From: an uncultured Spirochaetota bacterium
Lineage (GTDB): Bacteria; Spirochaetota; Spirochaetia; SZUA-6; Fen-1364
Direction of reading: 5' to 3'
Assembly: GCA_963781885.1 (NCBI GenBank)
Contig: CAWAHW010000006.1
Location: 320,001-384,000 of the forward strand
DNA length: 64,000 nucleotides
In this document: in pieces, positions 61,418 to 64,000 of the stretch
How the letters are laid out: the number at the start of each line of letters is the position of its first letter
Numbering within the stretch: the first letter of the stretch is position 1
Position numbers and translations under genes: made by a program
The notes under the pieces: model-generated
The model's database searches: none
The model's input: the letters and a program-made list of their open reading frames with translations, nothing else
What the model was told of the DNA's origin: nothing

Positions 61418-62122
61418 CTATCCATAAATGTAGTCGGGGGGGATGCCGAAGGTCGGATCCTTTGCCTTCTCCAATATCACTTCCGTGATCGACTGCTTCA
61501 GGGTCCGCTTGTGGTCGAAGAAATCGCTCCTGATGCGCCCGGCCTGCGCGGCGAGGTTGCGCTTGTCCAGGTTCGTTTCATGCGGCATGTCGAGGTCCGC
61601 GAAGCAGCCCAGGACGTCGAGGATGGCGCGGTTCAGCGGCCAGTCCTGATCCTGCGTCTCATCGAGGAATTTTCCGAGGCTGTTGACCTCTTCGATGGTC
61701 GCGGGGTAGAGCTGGTAGCCTTCCTCCGCCGACGTGTATACCTTGAACAGGAACCCGAGGAACACGCGGAGCGATTTTTCGTAGATCTCGTTGCTCTTGA
61801 ACTCGGCGAACGTCTCGAATGTCGACTTCACGATGAACGGGTTGGGCGCGACGCAGTCGAAATAGCGCTCCGGTTGATGGCCCGTCAGCAGCACGTCGAT
61901 GGCGTAGCGGTTGTTGCTCGCGAGCATGTTGATGTAAAGCGGGTAGTTGTCCGGGTTGATGCCCATCTTGTTGAGAAAGCTTGCGTACGCCCAGAGGGCG
62001 TTGGCCGCGCGCGGGGTGGCGCTTTCCAGTATCTCCGTGATGTAGCGGTGCTTCAGGAAGTCCACGTACTCCTCTGAGACGTGGCCGACTTTTATCTCGT
62101 CCTTCAGCTTCTGAAAATCCAT
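61418..62122 (-). CDS. Hypothetical protein, paralog 1 of the tandem family (most divergent complete copy)
   Basis: FLNKMGINPDNYPLY, GYQLY, VNSLGKFL, LNRAILDVL and IRSDFFD align with the neighbouring genes. Confidence 0.85.
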   Translation of the reverse strand: MDFQKLKDEIKVGHVSEEYVDFLKHRYITEILESATPRAANALWAYASFLNKMGINPDNYPLYINMLASNNRYAIDVLLTGHQPERYFDCVAPNPFIVKSTFETFAEFKSNEIYEKSLRVFLGFLFKVYTSAEEGYQLYPATIEEVNSLGKFLDETQDQDWPLNRAILDVLGCFADLDMPHETNLDKRNLAAQAGRIRSDFFDHKRTLKQSITEVILEKAKDPTFGIPPDYIYG

Positions 62123-62175
62123 GGATGGGCCCCCGCCTCAATGGGGGCGCGGCGCGGGCCGCGCCCCCTGCCATA

Positions 62176-63024
62176 CTAGTTCGACGACCTCTTGCGCGGC
62201 GTGCCGCCTTCCGAGGCCTTCTTTGCCGCCGGTGCCGGCGCTGCCGCTTCCTTCGACCCCTGGCCGCGCGAGGAGACGCGGATGTTGATCTGCTCCTTGG
62301 CGACCTTGTCTTCCTGCGCGAGCTTCGACTTCGTGAACTCCACCACCTTGCGGGGGGCCACCTCGAAGTCCTTGTAGCTCATGCGCGCCAGGAGAACGGG
62401 CGGGATGACCTCATTGAGGTGCTTCGTGCTGTCGAAGAAGAAGTTGCGGATCTCATTGGAGTGGATGGCGACCTCTTCCATGTCGCGGTTCGTCTCATCC
62501 AGGCCTTCCAGCTGCGCCACCTTTTCCAGGATGTCGAGGATGCAGCGGTTGAGGGAGTCTTCCTGTCCCGCTTCCTCGTCGAGGTGCTTGCCCAGCGCGT
62601 TGAGGTCCGACACGGTCACGCTGTAGATCTTGTACCCGTCGATGGGCACGTTGTACGCGGCCTGGAGGATGCCGAGCACGACGGAGAGCGACTTCGCGTA
62701 CAGGCCCCCCGGATGCCTTTCGGCGAGCAGGTTGAACGATGCCGTCAGAAGCTGGTAGTTGGGCTGGATGGAGCTGAAGAAGAGGAACGGATCCCGCGCG
62801 CCGATGAGGGCGTCGATGACCCAGTGGTTCCCGATCTCAAGGACCTTGATGAACAGGGGATAATTCTCCCCCGTGAGCCCCGTCTTGTTCAGGAAGTGCG
62901 CGTAGGTGATGGCGGATTCCACGGCTTCCGGCGTCCGGCAGGCCAGTATCCCGCTCAGCATCTTGTTTTCGATCACGGCGATGTCAGTCGCGGTGTATGT
63001 CTTGGTTCTATCGAGAATGACCAT
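62176..63024 (-). CDS. Hypothetical protein, paralog 2, with a basic low-complexity C-terminal tail
   Basis: FLNKTGLTGENYPLF, DPFLF, HPGGLY, DGYKIY, LNALGKHL, LNRCILDIL, IRNFFFD; [13 protein letters not shown]. Confidence 0.88.
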   Translation of the reverse strand: MVILDRTKTYTATDIAVIENKMLSGILACRTPEAVESAITYAHFLNKTGLTGENYPLFIKVLEIGNHWVIDALIGARDPFLFFSSIQPNYQLLTASFNLLAERHPGGLYAKSLSVVLGILQAAYNVPIDGYKIYSVTVSDLNALGKHLDEEAGQEDSLNRCILDILEKVAQLEGLDETNRDMEEVAIHSNEIRNFFFDSTKHLNEVIPPVLLARMSYKDFEVAPRKVVEFTKSKLAQEDKVAKEQINIRVSSRGQGSKEAAAPAPAAKKASEGGTPRKRSSN

Positions 63025-63046
63025 ATTTCCTCCTCCTCGCCTGCGC

Positions 63047-63739
63047 TCAATCTTCGAAGACGCTGGCCGGCAGAACCTCTTTCACGAGGTAGTCGGACTT
63101 CACGAGCAGGACCTGGGGAATCGCGTCCTCCATCTTCCTGCGCTTGTCGAAGTAGTTGCCGCGGATGACGTTGCACTGCCGCGCGATCAGCTCCATCTCG
63201 TCGTCGCCCTGCCCCTCGAGGGAGGCGAGCCTGTCGAGGATGTCGAGGATGGCGCGGTTCACCGACTCGTCCTGGCCCTTTTCCTTGTTCAGATGCTTGC
63301 CGAGATTGTTCACGTCGTTGATGGCGACCTTGTGGATCTTGTAGCCGTCCTTGGCGTAGCTGTACGCCGACTGCAGCGCGCCCAGCACGATCGCGAGCGT
63401 CTTGGGATAGATGCCGCCGGGATGCCAGTTGGTGAGCAGCCGGAAACAGGTGGAGACGAGGTGCTTCGTCGGCTGGATGGGCGTGAGGAAAAGGAACGGA
63501 TCCGTGGTGCCCAGCAGGGAGTCGATGACGAAGTGGTTGTCCATCTCCAGGAGCTTGAGGAACAAGGGGTAATTCTCATTCGTCAGGCCGCTCTTGCGCA
63601 GGAACGCGGAATACGTGATGGCTGCTTCCACCGCGTCCGTTGTCCTGCAGGCAAAGATGTTGTTGATGATGTGGTTTTCCACCCGGAAGATCGACTGGTC
63701 TGACCACACCTCCTTGTTGAACTCGTCCAGCTGCGCCAT
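63047..63739 (-). CDS. Hypothetical protein, paralog 3
   Basis: FLRKSGLTNENYPLF, DPFLF, HPGGIY, DGYKIH, VNNLGKHL, VNRAILDIL, IRGNYFD; GGAGG RBS. Confidence 0.88.
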   Translation of the reverse strand: MAQLDEFNKEVWSDQSIFRVENHIINNIFACRTTDAVEAAITYSAFLRKSGLTNENYPLFLKLLEMDNHFVIDSLLGTTDPFLFLTPIQPTKHLVSTCFRLLTNWHPGGIYPKTLAIVLGALQSAYSYAKDGYKIHKVAINDVNNLGKHLNKEKGQDESVNRAILDILDRLASLEGQGDDEMELIARQCNVIRGNYFDKRRKMEDAIPQVLLVKSDYLVKEVLPASVFED

Positions 63740-63749
63740 GATTCGCCTC

Positions 63750-64000
63750 CTATCTGGCCTTTTTCGTGCTGTCTGCGAACTTCCGCGTGCTCCGCGGCTT
63801 CACGAGCGTTTCACTGTAATTCTTCCGCACCAGGATCTCCGGCGGCATCACGCTGTTCATCGCCCGTCTCTTGTCGAAGAAGGCGTTGCGCACCGATGTC
63901 GCGTGGGAGGAGTTCTTGTCCACCACCGGGTCCTCGTTGTTGATCGAGCGGTATTCCGCGATGTCCGCGAGGATGTCGAGGATGAACCTGTTCAGGGGAT
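63750..64000 (-). CDS. Hypothetical protein, paralog 4 (3' end only; continues beyond the window)
   Basis: Not in the ORF track. Manual translation gives PLNRFILDILADIAEYRSINNEDPVVDKNSSHATSVRNAFFDKRRAMNSVMPPEILVRKNYSETLVKPRSTRKFADSTKKAR*, which has the same NRxILDIL and RNxFFD motifs. Confidence 0.8.
   Translation of the reverse strand, partial: PLNRFILDILADIAEYRSINNEDPVVDKNSSHATSVRNAFFDKRRAMNSVMPPEILVRKNYSETLVKPRSTRKFADSTKKAR

Overview
A GC-rich bacterial chromosomal segment, most consistent with a free-living Spirochaetota genome: it carries a spirochete-type lipoprotein/LysM pair and a Borrelia-like mevalonate gene set. No rRNA, tRNA, CRISPR array, integrase or transposase is visible. From left to right it holds a partial Cache-type sensor kinase, a J-domain protein, RarA with a methyltransferase-like tail, reductive pyrimidine catabolism (preT-preA-hydA), cytochrome bd (cydDC/cydAB), regulators and two-component systems, ettA, udk, a PPi-type pfk, a stand-alone E2-like acyltransferase, pduO plus a flavin reductase, and acs. 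Next comes a lipid locus (MMPL, a YghO/bCerS-like GNAT, three extended SDRs, an acyltransferase and a CPBP protease) that looks like sphingolipid/ceramide-type synthesis, then a complete mevalonate pathway with a polyprenyl synthase. The best candidate for an undescribed system is at the right end (58.2-64 kb): a calcineurin-like phosphatase and a HipA/PI3-PI4K-like kinase face a convergent array of at least four paralogous, soluble ~230-280 aa proteins of a family I cannot recognise, and the array runs off the window. Six clear frameshifts (cydC, bCerS-like, mvaA twice, polyprenyl synthase, kinase) are all single-base insertions, which suggests assembly error rather than real pseudogenes. Short palindromic intergenic repeats and clustered CsrA-like ANGGA motifs are also present. 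All family calls come from motif recognition by eye; no database searches were run.
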